Origin: Polyangiaceae bacterium
GTDB taxonomy: Bacteria; Myxococcota_A; Polyangia; Polyangiales; Polyangiaceae
Reading direction: 5' to 3'
Length of the DNA stretch: 64,000 nt
Assembly: GCA_044376115.1 (NCBI GenBank)
Contig: JBILLK010000007.1
Span: forward strand, 128,001 to 192,000
Part shown: one piece after another, positions 9,480 through 19,514 of the stretch
Position numbering within the stretch: the stretch's first letter is position 1
Layout: the number at the start of each line of letters is the position of its first letter
Position numbers and translations under genes: made by a program
Notes under the pieces: model-generated
The model's input: only the letters and a program-made list of their open reading frames with translations
What the model was told of the DNA's origin: nothing
Databases searched by the model: none

Positions 9480-11108
9480 TCACTTCACGCGTCCGCCCAG
9501 GATGTTGATCAGCGCCTGAAGCACCTCGTGGTGCCGCTCGCCGGTGCTGTGTCCGCCCTTGGTCTCGGCCAATAAGGCGAGTCCGGCGGAGATCTCGCCG
9601 CTCGCGAACGCAAGTCGCGCAAACTTCGCTGTCATGCGCTCGGAGAGGCGACCGCTCGTGTTGCGGCGCAAGGACTCTGCCGTCTCCCATTCACCGATCG
9701 AGGCCATCGCGCTCGCAAAGTCCTCCAACTTGAGTAGACGGAACTCGTCGTGGCGCGTGGCCCGTGCCTGCTCGACGAACGCGCCAAACTCTTGCTTGGC
9801 AATTTCGAGATGAGGCGCGCTGCGCCGGAACGCCGCGAACAGGCTGCCCCAATCGCCGCACGAGGTGTTCTCCGGTTTGACGAGACGCTCAAACGCCTGC
9901 TGCCAGAGCGGGTCGCTGGGCTCGAGCGACTCGAGCAGCGAGCGGGCGACATCGTTCTCAAGCAGGCCACCCTGGAACTTCTCCAGGGCCTCTCGGGCGC
10001 CTGCGCAACCCACATTGATTGCGCGCCCGAGCGTGACCGCGTGCTTCTCGCGGAAGCTGCTCGAGGTCCAAACGCGGCGGCTCAGCAGCTGCTCGGAGGT
10101 GAGCGAGATCGCCAGCTCGCCGGCCGCGCGTGGACTGTAGAGCGACCAGAGTGGCAGCAAATCCAGCACCACGAATTCGTGTTGCTCCGCCTTCATCGCG
10201 GCAGCGACCTCCGGCTCCATCAGCGCGTTCACGCCCGCGTCGCCCTCTGCAGCGAATACGATGCCCAAGAGCTTTTCGCTGTCGCGACTCACGAGCTTGA
10301 GCAGTTGCCACCCTCGACGTGCTCGCTCCGGCGTCGTGGCCCACGCTTCGACGCAGGCGAGCACTACGACCGAACTCGAATCAAGCGCCGGAGCCCAGGC
10401 TTCCAAGGTAGCGACGTCACCACGTTCGAGCAGAACTTGTATGGCCTCTCGGGTATCGGCCCTCCCTTGCTGGAGCAGTTCGAGCGCGGCGGCCAGCTCT
10501 CCGCTCAGCGTCAGTGCTGCGACGGCTTCGGTGTGCTGTTCGAGGTTTGCTGGAAACGCACGGTCGGAAGCTCCGAGCAGTCGCTCGGTCGCGATGACCC
10601 ACAGCTCGATGGACGTCCGGACCGATGCGTACTCCACGTCGTTGAGCCAGCGCTTCGCCTTCTCCAGCGCGTCCGTGGCAAGCGCGGTCTGACCTGCTCG
10701 AGCCAGGTGCGCGGCCACGTGCGCGACGTTCTTCGCGGCCTCGTAGTCCGACGCCTGAATGCTGTTGAGCGCTGCAGCGGCCAGCTCGAATTGACCCAAC
10801 GCGATGTGGAAAATGCTCAGCTCAGCGAGAGCTTCCGCTGCGCTGGTACCAGAGCCGGGAAGGATCTTCGCGGCGTAGGCGGCTACGTCGGCGATGGTGT
10901 GGGTGTTGGGCACGAGCCACTTGGGACGCTTGCTCGACCTTGCCGCGGCAGCCTTCGGTGCGGCAGCCTTCGGTGCGGCAGCCTTCGGTGCGGCAGCCTT
11001 CGGTGCGGCAGCCTTCGGTGCGGCAGCCGCCTTCGTACGTTCGCGCTTCGCGGGGGTTGACTTCGTGGGCGCAGACTGGTCGGACTCGGTGGCTTTTTGC
11101 TTGCTCAT
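9480..11108 (-). CDS. Helical-repeat (TPR-like) protein with basic AAAPK-repeat N-terminus
   Basis: Likely start MSKQKATES at 11108; histone-H1-like Ala/Lys/Pro tail, then Ala/Leu-rich helices (LAELSIFHIALGQFELAAAAL). Confidence 0.65.
   Translation of the reverse strand: MSKQKATESDQSAPTKSTPAKRERTKAAAAPKAAAPKAAAPKAAAPKAAAPKAAAARSSKRPKWLVPNTHTIADVAAYAAKILPGSGTSAAEALAELSIFHIALGQFELAAAALNSIQASDYEAAKNVAHVAAHLARAGQTALATDALEKAKRWLNDVEYASVRTSIELWVIATERLLGASDRAFPANLEQHTEAVAALTLSGELAAALELLQQGRADTREAIQVLLERGDVATLEAWAPALDSSSVVVLACVEAWATTPERARRGWQLLKLVSRDSEKLLGIVFAAEGDAGVNALMEPEVAAAMKAEQHEFVVLDLLPLWSLYSPRAAGELAISLTSEQLLSRRVWTSSSFREKHAVTLGRAINVGCAGAREALEKFQGGLLENDVARSLLESLEPSDPLWQQAFERLVKPENTSCGDWGSLFAAFRRSAPHLEIAKQEFGAFVEQARATRHDEFRLLKLEDFASAMASIGEWETAESLRRNTSGRLSERMTAKFARLAFASGEISAGLALLAETKGGHSTGERHHEVLQALINILGGRVK
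10945..11028. repeat. 15-bp tandem repeat (GCGGCAGCCTTCGGT) x5.6
   Basis: Five perfect units plus a 9-bp partial unit; encodes the AAAPK run. Confidence 0.95.
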
Positions 11109-11410
11109 GGCAGAACCTCGTTCGGGGCTACCGGCGTCCCCATGGCCGGCCCAGCCGGCAGGTTGTGTAAGCCAAGGACGCTGGGCGACGCATAGTGTCG
11201 CAACGATCCTTTCGATCGGCCTTCGAATTGGTGGTTTTGTGGATTTCGGTCGCCTATCGGTGGGCGATGGGCGGTGTTTTTCAACAATCCATCCAGTTCG
11301 ACGGCGGATCCTCGGCGCGGTCCACGCCACCGAGGGCCCACCCTCGGTGCGGTCCACGAAGTGGTCACGCGCCCTTGCGTGCTACACAGCCTTCACGAAA
11401 GGGACTCACC

Positions 11411-12016
11411 ATGAAGCTACATCACCAACCGATGACCCGTTCCTCGCGCGTTCGCTGGCTGCTTGCCGAGCTCGACGTGCCCCACGAGGTCGCGCACGTG
11501 GACATATTCATGGGCGAGGGGAGGAAGCCCGAGTACCGCCAGCTCAACCCGCATGGCTATGTCCCGGCGCTCGAGGTCGATGGGCAGGTCATCCTCGAGT
11601 CCTCGGCCATCTGTATGTTCCTCGCCGACCGTCACCTCGACAAGGGCTTCGCGCCCGCGCACGACAGCCCGCTGCGAGCAAAGTACTACCAGTGGATGGT
11701 TTACGTCCCTGCGACCTGCGACCCGGTGGTCGAGGCGATCATGTTTCATACGCGCTTTTTGCCCGAGGAGAAGCGACTGCCGGCGCTGGTCGAGAGCTCG
11801 AAGAAGAAGTGGCGCGTGTGCGAGCGGGTGCTCGCCGAAGGGCTCGGCGACAAGCCGTGGATCTTGGGGGACGCGTTCAGCGCAGCGGACGTCGTCGTTG
11901 CGAGCTCGCTCGCCTGGGCACGTTTCGCCGACGTCCTCAGCGAAGATCCGAGGCTAAGGTCCTATCTCGAACGAGCGTGTATGCGGCCGGGCTTCACAGC
12001 GGGTCATAGCGGCTGA
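11411..12016 (+). CDS. Glutathione S-transferase family protein
   Basis: MKLHHQPMTRSSRVRWLLAEL, LNPHGYVPAL, ILESSAICMFL, WILGDAFSAADV. Confidence 0.95.
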   Translation: MKLHHQPMTRSSRVRWLLAELDVPHEVAHVDIFMGEGRKPEYRQLNPHGYVPALEVDGQVILESSAICMFLADRHLDKGFAPAHDSPLRAKYYQWMVYVPATCDPVVEAIMFHTRFLPEEKRLPALVESSKKKWRVCERVLAEGLGDKPWILGDAFSAADVVVASSLAWARFADVLSEDPRLRSYLERACMRPGFTAGHSG

Positions 12017-12065
12017 GGACGCACGTCGTGCCTTGGGTGCGGCCCAGGCCCTCGGCCCCCATCGC

Positions 12066-13784
12066 TCACTCGCAGGACTTCGGCGCGCGCGGGGCCTTTT
12101 GAAACACGTAGCCAGGCGCGCTGCGGCCTTGTGGAAGAAAGCGTCGCTTCAAGATCTCTGCTCCGCGCGTGAAACGGCCTTCCACGGCGACGTCAGGCAC
12201 GCCGGGGCGGTAGTCGAGCGCGCCGACGACATCCCCGATGCTGAGCCCGGCGCGCTCGGCGTTGGAGTTGGCTTTCACGGTGCGCACCGTCTGGGTACCG
12301 GCGGCGTCTTTGCTGAGTTCGAACCCGAGCTCGAACTCGGCGAGCGTGCGCTTCGTCAGTTGATGGCACGGCGCGAGCAAGGTCTTCTCGGGGATGAACG
12401 TACCGGAGCGCAAGCCGTCCGCGAACGTGGTGGCGGTCTTTGCGGTCGTGGTAGCTGCGAGCGTGGCAAAGAAAACGTCCAGCGCGAGCGTGTCCGTCTG
12501 CTCGTTCTTGGCGGCCTCGAGCAGCTTGTGCGTCGTCCTCTTGAACGCATCGGCGCCGAGGGAAAGCCCCAGCAGCGCCCCGCGTACGGCGAGTTGCCGG
12601 CGCGCCTCCTCCTGCGTCGCGGCGTCCGGGCTTGCCGCTTGGATCGCGAGTTCCTCGTGGGAAGCGCCGTGGAGCGGCGAGAGCGCGTCGCTCGCGAGCA
12701 GTCCGTTCACGTCGTGCGCGAGATCGTTCGCTGAGACGAAGCCCTGCTCGTTCAGGACGAAGAGCGCCGCCGCCCGGCTCATTCCTTCGCTGAACCAGAG
12801 CCCGCGCAGCTCCTCGGCTGGGGCGCGGCTCCCGATCCACAAGGCGCCGCCCAACGTACGCTGAGCCCAGAGTTGCGCGACGCGAATCCGCGCCTGAGGC
12901 GTCCAGGGCGCAGACACGTCGGCGGAGATCAGGGCGCCGCGCGTTCTCCGGACGATCGCGTACGGTTCGCTCGGGTGGGTGCCCGAGAGCATGATCAGCC
13001 CAACGCTCGCGTCCTCGGGGCTACGCCGCAGATCGAAGAAGCGATCGAGGCTCGAGCGAAAGGACGCAGACTCCGCCGCGATCCAGCGCGGATCAAACGA
13101 TACGTAGCCGAGCGACGCAGCGTGATCGTTGCCTTCGGCGCCACGAAACTCCGCGCTGGTCAGGTTGCCGAAGACATAGGCCGCGTGCCGTAGATCCTCC
13201 ACTCGCCGCGTTGCGACGATGACGTCGTCGAGCCCAAGCGACGAGGCCGCTTGCTTGTGAAAGGAAACATCGGGCGCGAGCTCGAGACGCAGCGCGATGG
13301 CTTCCGGTTGTATGGGCAGCGCCAGGACCTGCTCTCCGCAGAAGTGCGCAAAGTCCGCGTCGACCGCGAAGCGACAGGGCGTGCGATCCGGCTCATCACT
13401 TTGTTTGGGTCGCACGCTGTACGCGAGCTCGACCGGCGGCTCGAGCGGACCGTCGGCGCTGATCGAGAGCGACGCGCCCAGCTGCGACGTCTTCACCTTC
13501 ACGGCTCCGCGAGCACCTCGGAGCACCAGGTCGCTGATCTCGCTGCGCTTCGAATCCTCGAGCAACCACTCGCGCGGTACTTCGCTCCGCGATGAGACGC
13601 GAACCTCGACCGAGCCGGCCTTCGGCTGCGGGGTGATCGTGACCGTGAGTTCGGCTTCCGCGCCGGGCGCGACGGCCTGCGCGACGACGTTCGGTGTTCC
13701 GCGGTCGACCTCGGGCGCGGCCGCGAAGGGAGCCGAGACGGCGGTGCAGCTTGGAAGAAGGAAGAGTCCGAGCATTCGCTTCAT
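12066..13784 (-). CDS. M61 aminopeptidase-like lipoprotein with C-terminal PDZ; HExxH apparently absent
   Basis: Lipobox-like LLPSC; LWFSEG matches the M61/M1 W..EG segment; C-terminal ELGF...VKANSNAERAGLSIGDVV is PDZ-like. Confidence 0.65.
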   Translation of the reverse strand: MKRMLGLFLLPSCTAVSAPFAAAPEVDRGTPNVVAQAVAPGAEAELTVTITPQPKAGSVEVRVSSRSEVPREWLLEDSKRSEISDLVLRGARGAVKVKTSQLGASLSISADGPLEPPVELAYSVRPKQSDEPDRTPCRFAVDADFAHFCGEQVLALPIQPEAIALRLELAPDVSFHKQAASSLGLDDVIVATRRVEDLRHAAYVFGNLTSAEFRGAEGNDHAASLGYVSFDPRWIAAESASFRSSLDRFFDLRRSPEDASVGLIMLSGTHPSEPYAIVRRTRGALISADVSAPWTPQARIRVAQLWAQRTLGGALWIGSRAPAEELRGLWFSEGMSRAAALFVLNEQGFVSANDLAHDVNGLLASDALSPLHGASHEELAIQAASPDAATQEEARRQLAVRGALLGLSLGADAFKRTTHKLLEAAKNEQTDTLALDVFFATLAATTTAKTATTFADGLRSGTFIPEKTLLAPCHQLTKRTLAEFELGFELSKDAAGTQTVRTVKANSNAERAGLSIGDVVGALDYRPGVPDVAVEGRFTRGAEILKRRFLPQGRSAPGYVFQKAPRAPKSCE

Positions 13785-13936
13785 CCATCCCAGGCTAGGA
13801 CTCCTTCGTCACGCGACCTGCTGCGTCAGGTCATGGGAATGTCACGGCTCGCGGTGAACCTTCTATTCAAAGGTCCTCGAGTACGAGCGCTAGTTCGTGC
13901 GTTTCCGCGCTAGGCTCCCGTCGCGAGGAAGACGAG

Positions 13937-14929
13937 ATGGCAAGCTCGAAGCTGGATGGGTGGGTCGCGACGATGCTTGACGGTTGCAGGCCGGGCGCCG
14001 TCCCGAAGGTTACCGCTCCAGAAGACCAGCTCGTCGAGGCAATCGCGTTCTTCGATGGGCGCCGCAGCATGATCTTTGGGATGGAGGCGACGGTCGCTCG
14101 GCTGGAGGATGCGCCTGGTCTGCGTGCTCGCGCGGTCGATGCGCTGCGCGCGTTCTTCGACGCTGAGTGCGCGGCGGGCAACCTTCGCGGCTGTGACGTG
14201 CTGCTCGATCGCGCGCGGCGAAAAGGCGTGGCGCTCGATTTCGAACTCCCTGCGGCGCTTTGGGCACACGCGGAGGCCGAACGCAGGCGTCGGCGCGAGC
14301 TCGCCGCGCTGCCTTCCCCGCTCGCGACGCTGGACGCAGTCGTCCCGGGTCTCCGCGCGGAGGTCCGTGAGCTCAGCGGCGACTTGAACGTTGGCTATCT
14401 CCGCACGCATGGGCGACTCCTCACGCACCCGCACGACGTGGCGCTGACGGACTTTGCGTGGGTCGACTGGCACGAAGAGGACGACTGGTTGGGTTGGCCC
14501 GAGGCGAACACAGATCCGCTGATCTTCCCGCTGGGCCAGGGCGGCGGTGCCGTCCTCGGACTGCTCCTCGACGCGCGGAGCCCGAACCGTACGCCGGCGG
14601 TCGTTTGCGAGACGGCGGACCGCTGCGTCTGGATCGCGCAGGCACTCTCGTCGCTCGACGACATGGTGGATGCCGCGGTCCGTAACAAGGGCAAGCGCCG
14701 CGCGCCGTTGGTCGAGGCCGCGCGCGGCGCGCCAGGTGAGCACGTCGAGGAGGTGCTTTCGCCGGCCCGGCGCGCGGCGCGCATCGCCGCAGGGCGAGAG
14801 GTGGTCGCCGCGGAGACCGATGCGGGGCGCGACGCAGCGCTCGAGCAGTTGCTCGCGAGTTTTCCCGAGGTAAGCCCAGCGCTGGCCCGCACGAGCCTCC
14901 GAGCGCGCTGGCTGCGCGCAGCGCGCTGA
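13937..14929 (+). CDS. Hypothetical protein
   Basis: 330-aa ORF with GAGGA upstream; the C-terminal half has loose SMI1/KNR4-like spacing (weak). Confidence 0.6.
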   Translation: MASSKLDGWVATMLDGCRPGAVPKVTAPEDQLVEAIAFFDGRRSMIFGMEATVARLEDAPGLRARAVDALRAFFDAECAAGNLRGCDVLLDRARRKGVALDFELPAALWAHAEAERRRRRELAALPSPLATLDAVVPGLRAEVRELSGDLNVGYLRTHGRLLTHPHDVALTDFAWVDWHEEDDWLGWPEANTDPLIFPLGQGGGAVLGLLLDARSPNRTPAVVCETADRCVWIAQALSSLDDMVDAAVRNKGKRRAPLVEAARGAPGEHVEEVLSPARRAARIAAGREVVAAETDAGRDAALEQLLASFPEVSPALARTSLRARWLRAAR

Positions 14930-14960
14930 GCGTCGACGACGTCAGGTTACGCTTGCCCGA

Positions 14961-15620
14961 TCAGTCGCCCCAATCGACGCCGACGCGCTCGAGCGTCTGC
15001 GCGAGCGGGGCAGGGTCGGGCTCGGACACCCGCCCGCTGGCGAGCCACTCGGGGGGCACGGTCAGGAGCACGGCCTTCTCCTCGGCCGTCAGAGTGCGCC
15101 GCGCGTTCACGAGATCGCGCGCGACCTGAGCGCAGACCTCGACCTGCTCGGGCAGCAGCGAGTGAACCTCTGCGTCGAACTGCCCGTCGAGAATCCCGCA
15201 CCAGTCGTGCGTGTCCGACGCGTCCTGCGTGGTCACGAGCAGCGGCCCACCTTCGAGCGCGTAGAAGCCCGCCGTCGTGAGGTTGCGCAGGCGCTGCGCG
15301 AGCCGCGTCGCGAGCGGGAGCAGAGCTTCGGGTAGCGTGTCGAACCACTGCAGCGGTCGATAGTCCTCCGGGTCGATCTCGCCTCCTGCAGCCTCGCTGT
15401 TCGCACTCTCGTGGTCGAACACGAGCCCGACGACGCCGACTGGTTCCCACCCGACCAGCATGCTCATGCCGCAGTCGTCAGCGTAGGCGAGCGCCCCTTC
15501 GCTGGGCCACGGCCAGAGGCCCTGCTTCGCGAAAAGCACCCCGCGTTTGGGACCTCCGTCTGGGAAGGCGAGGGCCGAGTAGTACTCGGACAGGCTCACG
15601 ATGAGATGGAGCGTCAGCAT
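14961..15620 (-). CDS. Hypothetical protein
   Basis: Protein-like ORF (VGLVFDHES...NLTTAGFY); start uncertain (15620 or 15662). Confidence 0.55.
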   Translation of the reverse strand: MLTLHLIVSLSEYYSALAFPDGGPKRGVLFAKQGLWPWPSEGALAYADDCGMSMLVGWEPVGVVGLVFDHESANSEAAGGEIDPEDYRPLQWFDTLPEALLPLATRLAQRLRNLTTAGFYALEGGPLLVTTQDASDTHDWCGILDGQFDAEVHSLLPEQVEVCAQVARDLVNARRTLTAEEKAVLLTVPPEWLASGRVSEPDPAPLAQTLERVGVDWGD

Positions 15621-15787
15621 CTGGACCCGGAGCTCGAGGCGAGAGACGGTGGTCGAGATCATCGCCGATTCCTACCATGTGGGGTGCAAGCTCCGCGACC
15701 GCTGTCGAGCGTACGTGGCCGATCTCCCGGTGGTCCGAAGCAGCTTGTTCGCGAAGCGGCTGCACCGGCTAGACTCGGATCGCAACA

Positions 15788-17698
15788 GTGGCTCATTTCC
15801 ATACCGTTCCGTGGCTTCGGAGTTCCTGGGCGATGCTCGCGGTGGGGTGCGCAGCGGTCGCAACCACCGATGCTGGTCCCACCGCCGAAACCTCCGTCGC
15901 TCCTGTTGACCCTGCTGTGGTGACGAGCCCTAGCGACCCGACGGAGGGCCGCGAGGCTCAACTGGCGATCAGCGATCCGGAGCTCTTGGCGAGCCTCGAG
16001 GGTGAGGGCTTTGGCTTGAGCGCAGTGCTCGGACTACCCAACGCGCAGAACGCTGAGCAGCTTTCAAAAACGCGTCTCGGCGGCGTCTTCCGCGTCTTGC
16101 GTGAGGACGTGCGCAAGGCGCGCGTGGAGCATCCTGTCGCGCGCGTCACCCCGACGCTCGGCACGCGCCTTTTCGACGTCGAGTGGTTCCGATCGAAGGA
16201 GATGCGCTTCAAGCTGATCGGCGTCTTCAACCGGCTCGATCGACGTCCTTTTTACGAGGCGAGCTGCGGTGAGGTGCGCTTCGTCTACCGGCTTGCTTAT
16301 GAGACGGTCCACGGCGGCGAGCCGATGGCGGGCAAGCTACCGCTCACGCTGAATGTGGTTTTCCTCGTGCCTGGGTCGGACTGCCGCGAGGTTGCGCGAA
16401 GCTGGTTCAGCCCTGCCGGTAAATCCAAGCGGGACGCGCTCGCGTGGCTCCGCTCCGAGGGCGCGTTGACCGAGGGCGCACGTGGGGCGTGGCGCCTCAA
16501 AGCGCTGGAGACCAACCTCCAAACAGTGCGCATTCAGTCCACGGCGCACCCCTCGATGGGCGGTCATATCGAATATTCGCTGCGCGTATTTCATCGCGAC
16601 GAAGCGAGCGGAGAGTTCGCACCGGCGCCGCTCGAGAACACGCCCGATGTTGAGCGGCTCGCGAAGGAACCGGAGCTGAAGCAGCGCCTGCTTTCGTGGC
16701 TGCGATCGCAAGCTGCGTTGGTCGCCGCCGACGAGGGGCGGCTCAAGCTGCCGGATGAGTTCAACGCCACCCGCGCACGTTCGGTGTCACCGCGCGGTCT
16801 GCTCCGGATCGAGAACCGTCCGTTCACGAGGCTGTTTAGCGAGGCCGACTTTGCGGGCGTGGAGCTTTCGCGCTTCGCGACGATCCCGAGCCCCGCGGCC
16901 TTGTTGCGCCGTCTCGATGGGCAGAGCTGCGCGGGCTGTCACCAGAGCCGACCGATCGCAGGCTTTCATCATGTCGGTGAGGACGGCCCGAGCGAAACGC
17001 TCAATGCGCTCGCCTTTGGTTCGTCGGCGCACTTGCTCGCGGATCTCGAACGACGGGAAGAGTACTTGAGAGCCGTGGCGCGCGCTGAAGAGCCCAAGGA
17101 ACTCCGCCCGCAAAGCGAGCGGCAAGGCCAGGAGGGAACGTTCGGCGCTCCCTGCGGTTTGGGGGACCCTGGCTTTCGCGATTGGACCTGTGGTGAAGGG
17201 CTTCGCTGTGAAGCGCTGGAGGACCCGAAGGTGGGCATCTGCGTCGATGATGAGCTGGTGGGCGCTCCCTGCGCGAGCGGCCGCTACGTTGCTGGCTCCG
17301 CGCCCAAGGACGATCGCATGCAGGGTCTCGAGACGCATACCTGCGACGCGAACGCCTGCTGGAACAACATGAACGCCTTCCCACAAGGCTCCTGCCGCGT
17401 CAGCTGCGACACGCTGGGGAAGAACGGCGTTTGCCTCGACTTCCAAGACACCGACGCGCTGCAAGGCTGCCTCATTCAAGGCAAGAGTGCCTCGTTCTGT
17501 GGCAGTCGCTTCAAGTACGCACATGGCGATCGGGCGTGCGACAAAACGCATCCTTGTCGCCAGGACTACGTATGCGCGCGCGTGACCGGCGGCTCGAACA
17601 CAAGTGAGGAACGCGGCGCGTGCATCCCGCCCTACTTCGTCGTCCCGCTGCGCCTCGACGGCTACCCGCTCAAAAAGACCCGCGACTTCGATCCGTAA
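15788..17698 (+). CDS. Exported c-type heme protein with Cys-rich C-terminal domain
   Basis: Lipobox-like MLAVGC; single CxxCH (SCAGCHQSR); about 16 Cys in the last ~190 aa. Confidence 0.7.
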   Translation: MAHFHTVPWLRSSWAMLAVGCAAVATTDAGPTAETSVAPVDPAVVTSPSDPTEGREAQLAISDPELLASLEGEGFGLSAVLGLPNAQNAEQLSKTRLGGVFRVLREDVRKARVEHPVARVTPTLGTRLFDVEWFRSKEMRFKLIGVFNRLDRRPFYEASCGEVRFVYRLAYETVHGGEPMAGKLPLTLNVVFLVPGSDCREVARSWFSPAGKSKRDALAWLRSEGALTEGARGAWRLKALETNLQTVRIQSTAHPSMGGHIEYSLRVFHRDEASGEFAPAPLENTPDVERLAKEPELKQRLLSWLRSQAALVAADEGRLKLPDEFNATRARSVSPRGLLRIENRPFTRLFSEADFAGVELSRFATIPSPAALLRRLDGQSCAGCHQSRPIAGFHHVGEDGPSETLNALAFGSSAHLLADLERREEYLRAVARAEEPKELRPQSERQGQEGTFGAPCGLGDPGFRDWTCGEGLRCEALEDPKVGICVDDELVGAPCASGRYVAGSAPKDDRMQGLETHTCDANACWNNMNAFPQGSCRVSCDTLGKNGVCLDFQDTDALQGCLIQGKSASFCGSRFKYAHGDRACDKTHPCRQDYVCARVTGGSNTSEERGACIPPYFVVPLRLDGYPLKKTRDFDP

Positions 17699-17713
17699 GG
17701 ACGTGCTGGGCGG

Positions 17714-18301
17714 TTAAGCGCGAGCGTCGAGTGCCTTGACGATCGCGCTCGCTATGCGGGCGATGGCCGTGCTCGGATCGACCCCATCGCTCACAAGCGC
17801 GCGTGCCGCGCAAACTGCAGCGAGCGCTGCGCAAACCCGCGGTGTGGGGGGCGCTATGAACCCCTCCAGGGCACCCGACCAGACCGTGTGCACAGCGAAG
17901 TCAGCTGCCTCGGCTATCCATCCGTCGACGAGGTCGAAGTCGCTCCAGGCGCGCATTTGACGCGTGGGATCGAAGGAGGCACGGGCTAGCTCTTGATGGG
18001 CCAGGCTAGGTTCAGCGAGCCAGGTGCTGACCGCTGCTAGCTGCGCATCGACCCACTCCCGACCGACGACCGTGTCTTCCGCGTCGGGCGGCAACCGATC
18101 CAGCACTGCGATGACCGCACCCCGCGCTGCACGCGCAGCAGCACCGCGGTCATCGGCCACGCTCGCCGCCGTCCAGCGCGCGATGGCTGCGTCCGCGTCT
18201 GTCGTCGCCCAGGACGGCAGCTCCGCGAGGAGCGGCAACTCGTTCATTGCTGCTACCGGATTTGTGGCCTCAGCCATCGCACGCAGGGTGTTTGCGATCA
18301 T
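17714..18301 (-). CDS. Hypothetical helical protein
   Basis: 195-aa Ala-rich ORF; no recognised motif. Confidence 0.5.
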   Translation of the reverse strand: MIANTLRAMAEATNPVAAMNELPLLAELPSWATTDADAAIARWTAASVADDRGAAARAARGAVIAVLDRLPPDAEDTVVGREWVDAQLAAVSTWLAEPSLAHQELARASFDPTRQMRAWSDFDLVDGWIAEAADFAVHTVWSGALEGFIAPPTPRVCAALAAVCAARALVSDGVDPSTAIARIASAIVKALDARA

Positions 18302-18385
18302 TGGACGGCGGTCGGTCGGGGAACAGGAAGATTGGCGTCAGCGTCAGCGATCTCGCGGACCTTCGCACCATGGTAGCGTTGGCCC

Positions 18386-19480
18386 GTGCAATCGCGCGCT
18401 CTCGTCCTCTTCGGTCTCGTCGCCTGCGGGGAGCCTCTCCCGGCCGCAGCTCCACCCGCGCGCTCGACGCCGCCCCCGACAGCCTCGAACTCCCCGGCGC
18501 CGAGCGCGTCCGTCGAGGCCTCCGCCAGTGCGTCCGCCTCCGCCAGCGCCGAGCCACCCAGCGACGATAACGCGGTGGTGCCGCCCAGCGCGCTGCCGAC
18601 CTTCGACCCGGCGATCGTGAAGAAGCTGGGCCCCGAGGGTGTGCGCGCTCTGGAGGTCGCAGCCAGCGTGTGCCGTGCGGTCGTCGGGACGAGGGACGGC
18701 AAGCTGAGGGTGGGGTGTCAGAGTTGCCCGCCGTTCCGGCGCGAGACGGGCCCCAATGGCGCGGTCGAGGTGCTGCCCGACAACGCCGACTTCTACCCGC
18801 TCGAGGCGGCCTACTTCGGCAGCTTCACGAAGGCGGGCGCCGACGAGGTCGCGGCCGTGTTTGCTGGCTGCGAGCCGTACGCGGGCAACTATGGCGGGAC
18901 GCTGCTCGCCTCGCGCGACAAGGCCAAGAGCCCGGTGTGGGTCGCGCGCTCGTATCGCAGCGGCTTTCACCCTGAGACGTGCAAGCCGTACCGCCTGCCG
19001 GACGGACACAGCGCGCTCCTCTGCCAATGGACGACCGGCAAGCAGACGAGTTCCGACCTGCTCGATCTCTACGACTTCACCGTCGGCGACGAGAAGGATG
19101 TCGAGAAGGGCTGGTCCCGCGTGTTCGAAACCTTCAGCGACACCTTCAGCAGCTGCATCAATGGCGTGCTCCCAGGCGCCTCTGTCGTCGCTGGCAACCT
19201 CGACGCGTTCCGCCTGGTCCCACAGGCCGGAGCGCCCGACAAGGTGGAGGTGGACGTGACCTTCGGCGCGGCCAAGCCTGAGGGGGCGTTCCAAGCGGGT
19301 TGCAAGAAGCTGCTGGCCGAACTCGAAAAGCCCGACAGCAAGGGCTTCGATTTAAGCAAAGTGATCCCGCGCCAGAAGCTCAAGCTCACGCTGGTCTGGG
19401 ACGGTAAGGCGCTCGTCCTCGACGCGGCGAGCAAGGGGCGCTGGCAGGTTCTGCAGCCCAAACAGCCGGAGGTCCAATAG
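18386..19480 (+). CDS. Lipoprotein with Pro/Ser/Ala linker and Cys-containing domain
   Basis: ALVLFGLVAC lipobox; strong high-GC codon bias. Confidence 0.75.
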   Translation: MQSRALVLFGLVACGEPLPAAAPPARSTPPPTASNSPAPSASVEASASASASASAEPPSDDNAVVPPSALPTFDPAIVKKLGPEGVRALEVAASVCRAVVGTRDGKLRVGCQSCPPFRRETGPNGAVEVLPDNADFYPLEAAYFGSFTKAGADEVAAVFAGCEPYAGNYGGTLLASRDKAKSPVWVARSYRSGFHPETCKPYRLPDGHSALLCQWTTGKQTSSDLLDLYDFTVGDEKDVEKGWSRVFETFSDTFSSCINGVLPGASVVAGNLDAFRLVPQAGAPDKVEVDVTFGAAKPEGAFQAGCKKLLAELEKPDSKGFDLSKVIPRQKLKLTLVWDGKALVLDAASKGRWQVLQPKQPEVQ

Positions 19481-19514
19481 CGGCGGACCGCGTAGCTGGC
19501 GGCTGCAATGGCCA

